IMG/VR virus record: IMGVR_UViG_3300048852_000107
Span: 1 to 30,460 of that record
Reading direction: 5' to 3' (one strand)
Length of the DNA stretch: 30,460 nt
From: a virus
Lineage: Duplodnaviria > Caudoviricetes
Part shown: positions 9,017 to 18,017 of the stretch, in pieces
How positions within the stretch are numbered: the stretch's first letter is position 1
How the letters are laid out: every line of letters starts with the position of its first letter
The notes under the pieces: generated by a model
What the model was told of the DNA's origin: nothing
Seen by the model: only the letters and a program-made list of their open reading frames with translations
Database searches by the model: none
Program-made: the position numbers and the translations under genes

Positions 9017-9525
9017 AGAAGCCGGACGAACTCCGCCGCGTCCTGCTCGCGCATGTGCCCGAGCTCGGCCGCGACGCGGACAAGCTCAGCATCTTCATCG
9101 ATCGTGGCGGCATCGCCGCACGCGCGGGAAGCCTCGGCTTCGAATATCGCTACACGCTCAACGTGGTTGTCCAGGACTATGCCGGCGAAGTGGACGCGCT
9201 GATCGTCCCCGTGCTCGCCTGGATCGCCGAAGCGCAGCCGGACCTCCTCGAGCGCGCGGTCGCGGGTGGCACCGAGCCCTTCGTCTTTGAGTCCGAAATC
9301 CTTGACGGCGATGCCGCGGACGTGTCGATCAACATTGAGCTGACTGAGGGCGTGATCGTGAAGCCGAAGGATGGCGGCGGCTTCACCGCCGAGCGCGTCG
9401 ACGATCGCCCGCCCGCCGACAAGTTCCCCGGCGTGTGTTGCGTGCCTCTCTGGCAGCTCTTCCTACGCGACCAGCTCATCGCGCAAACCAGCGATCCCGA
9501 CTTCGAACCCGCACCCTCCCCGTGA
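9013..9525 (+). CDS. R: tail completion protein (gpR)
   Basis: MKKPDELR, FEYRYTLN, WIAEAQPDL and SINIELTE motifs; GTG start. Confidence 0.9.
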   Translation: MKKPDELRRVLLAHVPELGRDADKLSIFIDRGGIAARAGSLGFEYRYTLNVVVQDYAGEVDALIVPVLAWIAEAQPDLLERAVAGGTEPFVFESEILDGDAADVSINIELTEGVIVKPKDGGGFTAERVDDRPPADKFPGVCCVPLWQLFLRDQLIAQTSDPDFEPAPSP

Positions 9526-10184
9526 GCGACCTCGCCAAGATCGAAGCCCTCGCCGCCGCCCTGCTGCGCAAGCTGGGCTCTGACGAACGCCGCCGGATCC
9601 TGCGCGCCATGGCGCGGGATCTGCAGGCCTCACAGTCGGCGCGGATCGGTAGTCAGCGGAATCCCGATGGCAGCGCCTTTGTGCCGCGCAAGCAGCGCAA
9701 GCCCGCGCGCTCGGGCAACTATGCGGTGAAGTTCCTCTATCCGAAGGGCGCCGCCGAGCCGCGCCTGGTGCTCATGAAAAGCTGGGTGCACGAGGGCAAT
9801 CTGCTCACCGGCTACGACGTCGAGGCGGGCGGGATTCGCAGCTTCTTCTGGGACAAGGTGGATCGTTGGCTGCCCGTCGAGCCCGAGGAGCAAAACAGGG
9901 GCGCAGACAAGTTCCGGCGCAAGGGCAGAATCCGCAACGCCGCCATGTTCCGCAAGCTGCGCAACCGGCGAAACTTGCTAGCTGGCGCGAGCGATCGCGA
10001 GGCATGGATCGGGTTCAGCGGCCGGGCGTCCCAGATCGCGCGCATCCACCAGGAGGGCGGAATCGATCGGCCCGCTCTCGGTGCGGCGCCAGTGCGCTAC
10101 TCCCGTCGCGCGCTGCTGGGGCTCACAGAGGCGGAGAGCGCTCGAATGCTGAACCTATTGCTCGCGCGAATCACTCTCCAGTGA
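9522..10184 (+). CDS. S: virion morphogenesis/tail completion protein (gpS) with internal insertion
   Basis: RIGSQRNPDGSAFVPRK, MFRKLR, ARIHQEG and RALLGLT motifs; GTG at 9522. Confidence 0.88.
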   Translation: MSDLAKIEALAAALLRKLGSDERRRILRAMARDLQASQSARIGSQRNPDGSAFVPRKQRKPARSGNYAVKFLYPKGAAEPRLVLMKSWVHEGNLLTGYDVEAGGIRSFFWDKVDRWLPVEPEEQNRGADKFRRKGRIRNAAMFRKLRNRRNLLAGASDREAWIGFSGRASQIARIHQEGGIDRPALGAAPVRYSRRALLGLTEAESARMLNLLLARITLQ

Positions 10185-10206
10185 CTGAGCAGAAACCAAG
10201 GTCTCG

Positions 10207-10731
10207 TTAGCTGGCGGGCAATGCCGAACCGCTGCGCTGCCCCACGCTCCTGCGCTTCGCGCGCATAGCCCCTCCTGTCATTCCCACACCGAGCAGCATC
10301 ATCGCCCAAGTAGCCGGTTCAGGGACCGACGAGACAGCAACGAGCGAAACACGAACGTTGTCGATGCCAGCGGCTAGACCTTGGCTGTCCATGCCGGAGA
10401 AGACTATGGTGTTGTCGCCATAGTACTTGAAGGTGGTTGAGTAGTCCTGAAAACCACTCCCGGTCGGCGCCACAGAGAATACGCTCTTGCCATGAATGGA
10501 AACATCAATCCAATTTGGAGAAAGCGAGTCGGCATTACCTTGGGCTGCGAACACGAGCTGATAGATGCTTCCCTGGATCAAATTGCCGCGAAACTTATAG
10601 GCGATTCCGTCCTCAACCGAGTAGCTAGTGACGGTTTGTGCGACGGGAGTGACGATATGCGCCGCTTCAGCAACGGAAGGCACAGACGCAGCAACGGCAA
10701 GGAATGCCAACGGTTTCAAAGACTTCCGCAT
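10207..10731 (-). CDS. PEPxxWA-CTERM sorting-domain surface protein (moron)
   Basis: Signal peptide, C-terminal VPEPATWAMMLLGVGMTGGAMRAKRR, AGGAGG RBS, lower GC than its neighbours. Confidence 0.92.
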   Translation of the reverse strand: MRKSLKPLAFLAVAASVPSVAEAAHIVTPVAQTVTSYSVEDGIAYKFRGNLIQGSIYQLVFAAQGNADSLSPNWIDVSIHGKSVFSVAPTGSGFQDYSTTFKYYGDNTIVFSGMDSQGLAAGIDNVRVSLVAVSSVPEPATWAMMLLGVGMTGGAMRAKRRSVGQRSGSALPAS

Positions 10732-10890
10732 TCAGCCCTCCTTTGCTTACGATTCGATTAATGTTTATACCTGCAAGCAGGGAAACGTACCAGAAATATT
10801 TCCTGAAAGTGTCTCTCGGTGGGAATCGCTGATCTCGCCGCTTCTGGTCGGCTTAAGCAACGAGGCCTAAATCCCACAGCGGACACGCTC

Positions 10891-10915
10891 CCTTGTAGAG
10901 TCCCACTCTACAAGG
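10891..10915. promoter_or_regulatory. putative Ogr-binding late-promoter palindrome upstream of J
   Basis: CCTTGTAGAG-TCCCA-CTCTACAAGG, with perfect 10-bp arms. Confidence 0.8.
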
Positions 10916-10950
10916 CCACCCGCTAGCAGCGGGGGGCGGGCCGCCGCGAC

Positions 10951-11862
10951 ATGGCGGCCATGCCGGACTCCTCCGCCACCTTCACCGCCGTCGATCTATC
11001 CCGCCTGCCCCCGCCGGCGGTGATCGAGCAGCTCAGCTTCGAGCAGATCTACGGCCAGATGCTCGCCAGCCTGCTCGCGGTGGTGCCGGAGTTCGATGCC
11101 ACGGTAGAATCCGATCCGGCGGTGAAGATCCTGCAGATCTCCGCCTATCGTGAGATGCTGCTGCGCGGCCGCATTAACGACGCGGCGCGAGCCGTGATGC
11201 CGGCCTTCGCCACCGGCACCGATCTCGATAACCTGGCCGCGCTGATGAACGTCGAGCGCCTGCTGCTCGACAAAGGCGATCCGGCAAACGGGGTGCCCCC
11301 TACCTATGAGAGTGACGCGGATCTGCGCAGCCGCTTCGTGATTGCTGCCGAGGGCTATTCCGTGGCGGGCCCCGAGGGTGCCTATATCTTCCACGCCCGC
11401 TCCGCCTCAGGTGACGTGCTCGACGCCAGCGCGATCAGCCCCGCGCCTGGCCAAGTGCTGGTGACCGTGCTCTCCCGCGTCGGCGATGGCACTGCGGCGC
11501 CCGAGCTGCTCGAGCTGGTCGAGGCGCATGTGTCGGACGAAACGCGGCGCCCGCTCACCGATGCCGTAACGGTCCAATCCGCCACCATCGTGCCATACCA
11601 GATCGTCGCGACCATCACGACGTTCTCAGGCCCCGACGGCTCGATCGTGCTCGCCGAGGCGATCAAGCGCGCCAACGAATATAAGGATCGCCAGCACCGC
11701 CTGGGCCTCGACGTCACGCGCTCGGGGCTCTTTGCCGCGCTCCACTGCGAGGGCGTACAGAACGTCGTGCTAACCTCCCCTGCGGCGGACATCGTAATCG
11801 ACCGCGAACACGCGAGCTGGTGCACGCTGGTCGACGTGACGCATGCGGGCGTCGGCGAATAG
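10951..11862 (+). CDS. J: baseplate assembly protein J
   Basis: VDLSRLPPP, ESDP, SVAGPEGAY and RRPLTD motifs; the start may be 10960. Confidence 0.93.
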   Translation: MAAMPDSSATFTAVDLSRLPPPAVIEQLSFEQIYGQMLASLLAVVPEFDATVESDPAVKILQISAYREMLLRGRINDAARAVMPAFATGTDLDNLAALMNVERLLLDKGDPANGVPPTYESDADLRSRFVIAAEGYSVAGPEGAYIFHARSASGDVLDASAISPAPGQVLVTVLSRVGDGTAAPELLELVEAHVSDETRRPLTDAVTVQSATIVPYQIVATITTFSGPDGSIVLAEAIKRANEYKDRQHRLGLDVTRSGLFAALHCEGVQNVVLTSPAADIVIDREHASWCTLVDVTHAGVGE

Positions 11863-12410
11863 TGGGCAGCCTTCTCCCTCCAAACGCCAGCGCACTCGAG
11901 CGTGCGATCGAGCAGGCCACCGCGCGCATGACAGAGCTGCCGGTTCCACTGCGCCAGCTCGTGAACCCGGACACCTGCCCGATCGACCTCCTCCCCTATC
12001 TCGCCTGGGCGCTCTCGCTCGATAGCTGGTCGAGCGACTGGCCCGATCAGGTTAAGCGGAACCGCGTCCGTCGCGCGATGGAGATCGCTCGGAGCAAGGG
12101 CACCGCCGAATCGGTGCGTGCAGTGGTCGAGAGCTTCGGCGGCGGTGTGGCGATCCGCGAATGGTGGCAGATGACGCCGCCCGGCGAACCCTACACTTTC
12201 GAGCTGATTGTCACCCTCACCGGCGCCGGCGGCACGCCCGCCAGCGCCGCTTTCGCGGATGCCGTGATCAACGAAGTCCGCCGCACCAAGCCGGTGCGGT
12301 CGCACTTCATCTTCACCCAGGGCGTGAGCCTGTCCGGCCAGGTCGGCGTCATCGCTGCCGCTCGCCCCACCACCTTCCGCCGCCTGCAGGTGCAGGCGCC
12401 TGCCGCCTAA
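11862..12410 (+). CDS. I: tail protein I
   Basis: SLLPPNAS.LE, CPIDLLPYLAW, KGT, EWWQ and KPVRSH motifs; GTG at 11862. Confidence 0.92.
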   Translation: MGSLLPPNASALERAIEQATARMTELPVPLRQLVNPDTCPIDLLPYLAWALSLDSWSSDWPDQVKRNRVRRAMEIARSKGTAESVRAVVESFGGGVAIREWWQMTPPGEPYTFELIVTLTGAGGTPASAAFADAVINEVRRTKPVRSHFIFTQGVSLSGQVGVIAAARPTTFRRLQVQAPAA

Positions 12411-12421
12411 CGGAGACCGAA

Positions 12422-14629
12422 ATGGCACTCGAGCTGGTCATCACCAACGCGGGCCGCGCGGCCCTGGTCGCGGCGTCCAACGACGGCACCAACGCGGTCC
12501 GCATCGCCTCGGTCGGCGTGTCGCCCACGGCTATTGCGGCTTCGCCCGCCACCGCGGCGCTGCCCGGCGAAGTGAAGCGGATCAACACCATCTCCGGGGC
12601 GGCTGCGTCTGAAGACACGATCCACGTCACCGTGCGCGACGAAACGACTGCGGTCTACACGGTGCGCTCGATCGCGCTCTACCTGCAGGACGGGACGCTC
12701 TTCGCCGCCTATGGGCAGGCCGATATCGTGGCGGAGAAGGCGGCGCAGGCGCTGCTGCTGCTCGCGATCGACGTCCAGTTTGCGGACATCGACGCGACGA
12801 CGATCACGTTTGGTGATGCCAACTTCATCAATCCGCCGGCGACCACGGAAACCGCCGGCGTCGTCGAGCTGGCGAGCGATGCTGAGACGTCGGCCGGAAC
12901 CGACGCCCAGCGTGCTGTCACGCCGAAGAGCCTTTCCTTCGCCTTGAACGCCCGCTTCGCCACCTGGGGCACCGATATCTGGCGCGCGAGCAACGATGGC
13001 GCCGGATCTGGCCTCGACGCGGATCTGCTTGACGGTCGGCAGGGTAGCGAGTTCGCGCTGCTCGCCGGCGCTGCGTTCAGCGGCACCGTGAGTGCCCCGC
13101 TGGTCGTGGGCACCAATTCGGAAGGGTTTCGCGTCGCGCACGGCACCCCCTTCTATTCCTTCTACAACGCCGCGCAGACGGTGCGCTTCGGCTACATCCA
13201 GCACACCGGCACCGGGAATGAGCTTACGATCGTCAACGATCGACCTGGTCGCATTCAGCTCTCGAGCGGGGGCACCTCGGTCTATATCGGCGCAACCGGC
13301 CTGCTCGTGGGCGCCAATGCCGTCTGGCACTCGGGCAACTTCAACCCCTCCACCAAGGCGAACCTTTCGGGCAGCACCTTTACAGGCCCGGTTTTCGCGC
13401 CGTCTCTGCAGACGGATGATTACTCATATCTGGCGCGCATCGATCCCAATACGATCGACCTTGCATTCGATGCTGGCGATTTCGTTCGCTACAATCGAAC
13501 GCAGAACACCTACTATCAAAACATCGCCGGTGTAGCGCGGACTACGCTCTCCGAGAGCGAGTTCAATGTCCATGTGGCTCTCAAGCAATTCGGCAATCAG
13601 GTCTGGCACGCGGGCAACTTCAATCCCCCAGATTACGCCATGCTCAGCGGAGCGAACTTCAACGGGGCAATTACCGCGCCGGCGTTTGCGATCGACGCGA
13701 ATGTCAGGTTCAACAAACCAGCCGGGACGCTGGTGGACCTTCAAGTTGACGCTGGTGACACGCTGCGCTTCGCTCAGGCTACCAATCAATGGGATTTCAT
13801 AATCGGCGGATCGACTTCGTTGTCGATCACTACGACCGGATTGACGGTTCCTGGTACGCTCAACGCTACTCATCTGCAGGTGAGTGGCAGCGCCGTCTGG
13901 CACGCGGGCAATCTAAATCCCGCCAACTACGCCCTCCTTTCCGGTGCAAGCTTCACCGGGAACGTGACTGTTGTGGGAACGGTTGTGGCGACGGCGGTCG
14001 GAGGCGGAAGAGTCAACTTGCTCCCTGGCACTGCCGGCAACAGCGGCTATGTCGAGTTCAGCGATCTGAACGGCACGCGCCAGGCCTATATCGGTTTTGG
14101 GATCAACAACGGCGCGTTGCCATTCGTTTCGTCGACTGGTGCAGGCTTCTCGTTCACAGGCGGACCTGTAGCAGTTGCCGGCGCCCTCTCCGCAACGGGC
14201 GCGATCACGCGCTCAGGACATCAAGTCTGGGATGCCGGCAACGACGGCCATGGCTCTGGACTCGACGCTGATCTGCTCGATGGGCGGCATGCGTCCGATT
14301 TCGCGCTGCTCGCCGACTTCGCCAACAATCTCACCGGCAGCGGCTACCAGCGTCTCCCCGGTGGTCTCATCATCCAATGGTGCGCGGGCGGTGGAGCCAA
14401 CGGCGGCTATGAATCAACGCAGGGCGTCAACTTCCCGATCGCATTTCCCAGCGCCTGCCTGCACGCCCAGGTAACCACCCGCTTGAGCAGCGCGACGACT
14501 GCAGGCGACGCCTTTTGGCAGCTGATCGGAAGCCCGACCACTACCGGCGTCACCGTCCAGCGCCAGATCACCGGTTCACCGAGCGACAACGCCTTTTCCT
14601 GGCCGTACGTCCTCGCGATCGGCTATTGA
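12422..14629 (+). CDS. H: tail fibre protein (gpH-like) with internal repeats
   Basis: ITNAGRAA N-terminus, two GSGLDADLLDG repeats, three VWHxGNxNP repeats, C-terminal GYQRLPGGLIIQW domain. Confidence 0.88.
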   Translation: MALELVITNAGRAALVAASNDGTNAVRIASVGVSPTAIAASPATAALPGEVKRINTISGAAASEDTIHVTVRDETTAVYTVRSIALYLQDGTLFAAYGQADIVAEKAAQALLLLAIDVQFADIDATTITFGDANFINPPATTETAGVVELASDAETSAGTDAQRAVTPKSLSFALNARFATWGTDIWRASNDGAGSGLDADLLDGRQGSEFALLAGAAFSGTVSAPLVVGTNSEGFRVAHGTPFYSFYNAAQTVRFGYIQHTGTGNELTIVNDRPGRIQLSSGGTSVYIGATGLLVGANAVWHSGNFNPSTKANLSGSTFTGPVFAPSLQTDDYSYLARIDPNTIDLAFDAGDFVRYNRTQNTYYQNIAGVARTTLSESEFNVHVALKQFGNQVWHAGNFNPPDYAMLSGANFNGAITAPAFAIDANVRFNKPAGTLVDLQVDAGDTLRFAQATNQWDFIIGGSTSLSITTTGLTVPGTLNATHLQVSGSAVWHAGNLNPANYALLSGASFTGNVTVVGTVVATAVGGGRVNLLPGTAGNSGYVEFSDLNGTRQAYIGFGINNGALPFVSSTGAGFSFTGGPVAVAGALSATGAITRSGHQVWDAGNDGHGSGLDADLLDGRHASDFALLADFANNLTGSGYQRLPGGLIIQWCAGGGANGGYESTQGVNFPIAFPSACLHAQVTTRLSSATTAGDAFWQLIGSPTTTGVTVQRQITGSPSDNAFSWPYVLAIGY
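12977..14315 (+). repeat. imperfect 91-bp direct repeats (12977-13067, 14225-14315) plus shorter repeats at 13322, 13601 and 13895 within the tail fibre gene
   Basis: IWRASNDGAGSGLDADLLDGRQGSEFALLA versus VWDAGNDGHGSGLDADLLDGRHASDFALLA; GTCTGGCAC.CGGGCAA occurs three times. Confidence 0.85.
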
Positions 14630-14641
14630 GGAGACCACCCA

Positions 14642-15124
14642 ATGTCGCTGCACTACAGCGCTGCGCGTAACAGCTTCTTCGATTCCGCGATCCACGCCGA
14701 GCTGCCTGCCGATGCCGTGCCGATCACCGCGGCCCGGCACCGTGAGCTTATGGCAGGCCAAACCGAGGGGAAGTGCATTGTCCCGGACAGCAAGGGGCGG
14801 CCTCGCCTTGCGCGCCGGCCAGCTCTCCCGCTCGAGCAGCAGCGCGAGGCGGCGCTGCGACGAGTGCGCGCCGAGGCGCGCCGCCGGATCATCGAAGTCG
14901 CCAACCTCGAGCAGCAATCGAACGACAATGCGGCGATCGCGATGATGGCGCTCCAGCTCACGGCCGGAGCTTCGACGATCGACGCGTTCGAGGCGGTCGC
15001 CCGCCGCGAGCGGATCGACGCGATCCGCGCCGCGAGCGATCGCCTGCAGGCGGCGATCGCGAGCATGGACGCCAAGCAGCTCTCCGCGCTCGGTGTCGCT
15101 GCGGCCGAGCACTGGCCAGCCTGA
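14642..15124 (+). CDS. tail fibre assembly protein (gpG-like)
   Basis: YSAARNSFFD...LPADAVPIT...G.P motif and C-terminal WP; follows the fibre gene. Confidence 0.75.
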   Translation: MSLHYSAARNSFFDSAIHAELPADAVPITAARHRELMAGQTEGKCIVPDSKGRPRLARRPALPLEQQREAALRRVRAEARRRIIEVANLEQQSNDNAAIAMMALQLTAGASTIDAFEAVARRERIDAIRAASDRLQAAIASMDAKQLSALGVAAAEHWPA

Positions 15125-15231
15125 CTCAGTCGACGATCGTGGATGCCGGCATGATTGCAGGGGGACATTGTGCGTTGAAGGTCAGTGTCACCGGACCCAT
15201 CTTGTAGGAGCGTCGCCCTTAGGTATTCTCC

Positions 15232-15393
15232 ATTACCGACCGCATCCTGATCGCTTACCTGCTGCTGGGCTTCATTGTCGCCGCTGCGGTCACCCTGATT
15301 GTCTGGGTCCGGCACAACTCTCACGAAGCCAAATACCGTCGCTCCAAAATGCGGGAGGCTGCAGCGCGGAATGTGTCGACGCGGCTCAAATAG
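15232..15393 (+). CDS. small single-TM peptide (53 aa) with ATT start or a mutated start
   Basis: (I/M)TDRILIAYLLLGFIVAAAVTLIVWVRHNSHEAKYRRSK...; AGGT lies 7 nt upstream; an in-frame TAG just upstream prevents an earlier start. Confidence 0.5.
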   Translation: MTDRILIAYLLLGFIVAAAVTLIVWVRHNSHEAKYRRSKMREAAARNVSTRLK

Positions 15394-15548
15394 CAGAAAG
15401 TCCCGGTTCGCTGTGACCGAGCCTTTCCGCTCCAGCATTCAACGGTGCAGCTGATCTCCGATCTGCGGCTCTCGGCCGGCGAATGGTGTGGCTAGCGGAC
15501 CCTACGCCTCCGTACTTCGTTGAGGAGCACGAGGAGAGCGTCATGTAC

Positions 15549-15677
15549 CTAGGTCCCGAAAATGACAACGAGTCCCCCCCAGTGGACGACGCCGCAGATC
15601 TCGAGGAAGCGCAGGAAGACGCCGCCGAGAAGCGTGAGGAAGAGGGTGGCTATCAATAGAGATGGTAATCGCGGCAC
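15549..15677 (-). CDS. small hydrophobic peptide (42 aa)
   Basis: GTG start gives MPRLPSLLIATLFLTLLGGVFLRFLEICGVVHWGGLVVIFGT. Confidence 0.4.
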   Translation of the reverse strand: MPRLPSLLIATLFLTLLGGVFLRFLEICGVVHWGGLVVIFGT

Positions 15678-15798
15678 CTTACCGGCGCGGAAGGGACAGC
15701 CGGCGGTCCGTTTGATCTGCGCCCTGACCGTGAACCAGCTGTACGGCTCAATCTGAGGCGACAGCTTGGGCTCGCTGATCAAGCGCAGCCTGGCCCGG

Positions 15799-15822
15799 CC
15801 TTGTAGAGGCTCGCTCCACAAC
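15799..15822. promoter_or_regulatory. putative Ogr-binding late-promoter site upstream of V
   Basis: CCTTGTAGAG-GCTCG-CTCCACAAC (TGT-N13-ACA). Confidence 0.75.
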
Positions 15823-15868
15823 CCCCGTTCCGCGCGAAGCTGCCCCGCCGGCGGCATTGTCCGGCACC

Positions 15869-16441
15869 ATGAGCGATCTGCCGGATCCGCGCCGCATTAT
15901 CGGCAACATCCTTCGCCTGGGGACGATCGAGAGCGTCGACCTGGGCGAAGCGACGTGCCGTGTCCGCGTGGGCGACAACGTAACCGGCGACATTCCCTGG
16001 CTTGCTCCTCGCGCTGGAGAGCTGGTGCGGATCTGGTCGCCGCCGAGTATTGGCGAACAGTGCCTGCTCTTCTGCGCGGAAGGTGACACCGAGGCCGGGA
16101 TCGCCGTGACCGGCCTGTTCTCGAACGCGCACCCCGCCCCCTCGTCCGATCCGCTCGTGATGATCGCTTTCAAGGATGGCACCCAGCTCTCCTACGATCC
16201 CGAGGCGCACGCGCTTAAGGTCGAGATCTCGGGCGGCGGCACCGCCGAGCTCGCGGCACCCGGCGGGCTCACGATCACCGCCGACACCGTGATCACCGGC
16301 AACGTGCAGATCTCTGGCTCGGTCGAAGTGAGCGAGACGGTCACCGCCAGCGATGACGTGATCGGCGGTGGCAAGAGCCTCAAGAGCCACAAGCACACCG
16401 GAGTCCAGGCCGGCGGCGCCCAGTCGGGGCCGCCAGCATGA
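15869..16441 (+). CDS. V: baseplate spike protein V
   Basis: GNILRLGTI, WSPPSIGEQ and SLKSHKH (HxH) motifs. Confidence 0.93.
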   Translation: MSDLPDPRRIIGNILRLGTIESVDLGEATCRVRVGDNVTGDIPWLAPRAGELVRIWSPPSIGEQCLLFCAEGDTEAGIAVTGLFSNAHPAPSSDPLVMIAFKDGTQLSYDPEAHALKVEISGGGTAELAAPGGLTITADTVITGNVQISGSVEVSETVTASDDVIGGGKSLKSHKHTGVQAGGAQSGPPA

Positions 16442-16809
16442 ACGGCATGGACGCGCGCACCGGCAAGCCACTCGAGGGCGAGGATCACCTGCGCCAGTCG
16501 ATCGCCGATATCCTAACCACGCCGATCGGGACCCGTATTGGGCGGCGCGACTATGGATCGCTTCTCGCGGATCTGATCGATCAGCCTGCGAACCCGGCGG
16601 GCCGGATCCGCCTCTATGCCGCCACCGCGCTCGCCCTGCTGCGCTGGGAGCCTCGCATCGCCCTCACGCGCGTTGCGCTCGAGCAGACCGGCCCCGGCGC
16701 TTTCAACGTGATCGTCGAGGGGCGTCGCACCGACGTTGCCCGCCCCAACGTCCGCACCCGCATCACCGTGCCGCTCGCCTCGCGCGGCGGCCTTACCGTC
16801 TACGCCTGA
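16438..16809 (+). CDS. W: baseplate wedge protein W (gp25 family)
   Basis: HLRQSIADILTTPIGTR, RDYGS and RWEPRI motifs. Confidence 0.93.
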   Translation: MNGMDARTGKPLEGEDHLRQSIADILTTPIGTRIGRRDYGSLLADLIDQPANPAGRIRLYAATALALLRWEPRIALTRVALEQTGPGAFNVIVEGRRTDVARPNVRTRITVPLASRGGLTVYA

Positions 16810-16821
16810 AGGGAGCTTTCC

Positions 16822-17973
16822 ATGCACGGAATCACGATCACCGAAGTCACCGAAGGCACGCGCAGCCTCGCCACCATCGCAACGGCGGTGATCGGCCTGG
16901 TCGCAACCGCCCCCGCGGCCGACGCCGCCGCCTTCCCCCTCGACCGCCCCGCCCTGGTGACGGACATCGAGGCCGCGATCGGCGTCGCCGGCGCCGCCGG
17001 CACGCTTCGCAACGCACTGCGAGCCATCGCGGACCAGGCCCGCTGCCCCGTGGTTGTGGTGCGCGTCGCTCCCGGCGCCGACGCTGCTGCGACCGATGCC
17101 GCAGTCATCGGCGACGACGTGAACGGCGTGAAGAGCGGAATGCAGGCGCTGCTCGCGGCCGAAGCGCAGGTCGGCGTCAAGCCGCGCATAATCGGGGCGC
17201 CAGGGCTCGATACCCAGGCGGTGACCACGGCGATGATCGTGATTGCCCAGAAGCTGCGCGCCATGGCCTATGCGGCGGCGGTCGGCGACACCGTCACCGA
17301 AGCGATCGCCTATCGTGCCAATTTCACGGCGCGCGAGCTGATGCTCATCTACCCCGACTTTGTCGCATTCGACACGTCGGCCGAGGCGAACGTCACCAGC
17401 TTCGGCACCGCCCGTGCGCTTGGGCTTCGCGCCCGGATCGACACCGAACAGGGCTTTCACAAGACGATCTCCAACGTCGCCGTGCAGGGCGTGGTCGGCC
17501 TCACCAAGGACGTCCAGTTCGACGTCCAGGATGCGAACTGCGAAGCGAATCTGCTCAACGCCGCCGAGGTGAGCGCGTTGATCCGCGCCGGCGGCGGCTT
17601 CCGCATTTGGGGCAGCCGCACCTGCGCGGAGGAGCCGCATTTCGTCTTTGAAAGCGCCACGCGCACTGCGCAGGTCCTGATGGACACGATTGCCGAGGGC
17701 ATGATGTGGGCAATCGACAAGCCGCTGCGCCCGAGCCTGGTCAAGGACATCGTCGAGACGATCAACGGCAAGATCCGCGAGATGAAGGCCGCAGGCCAGC
17801 TCATCGACGGCCGCGCCTGGTTCGATCCCGAGAAGAACCCGACGACATCGCTCGCCGGGGGCAAGCTGGTGATCGACTATGATTACACGCCGGTACCGCC
17901 GCTCGAGCACCTGACCCTCACCCAGCGCATCACCGATTCCTACCTGGCCGACTTCTCGCTCGGCCAGGGCTGA
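16822..17973 (+). CDS. FI: tail sheath protein
   Basis: HGITITE, KPRIIGAPG, GFRIWGSRT and DYDYTPVPPLE motifs. Confidence 0.95.
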   Translation: MHGITITEVTEGTRSLATIATAVIGLVATAPAADAAAFPLDRPALVTDIEAAIGVAGAAGTLRNALRAIADQARCPVVVVRVAPGADAAATDAAVIGDDVNGVKSGMQALLAAEAQVGVKPRIIGAPGLDTQAVTTAMIVIAQKLRAMAYAAAVGDTVTEAIAYRANFTARELMLIYPDFVAFDTSAEANVTSFGTARALGLRARIDTEQGFHKTISNVAVQGVVGLTKDVQFDVQDANCEANLLNAAEVSALIRAGGGFRIWGSRTCAEEPHFVFESATRTAQVLMDTIAEGMMWAIDKPLRPSLVKDIVETINGKIREMKAAGQLIDGRAWFDPEKNPTTSLAGGKLVIDYDYTPVPPLEHLTLTQRITDSYLADFSLGQG

Positions 17974-18017
17974 ACCGGCGCCGCCCGCCCCTTTCCCCAA
18001 GTTTCAGGAGCTGATCG

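Noticed and set aside
10777-10793. Possible sigma54 promoter (TGGTAC...TGC) for the PEP-CTERM gene
   Set aside because: The GG-to-GC spacing is 11 nt, not the required 10.
12977-14629. DGR or invertase-type fibre variation system
   Set aside because: No reverse transcriptase or invertase; repeats are direct, in frame, and do not differ specifically at adenines.
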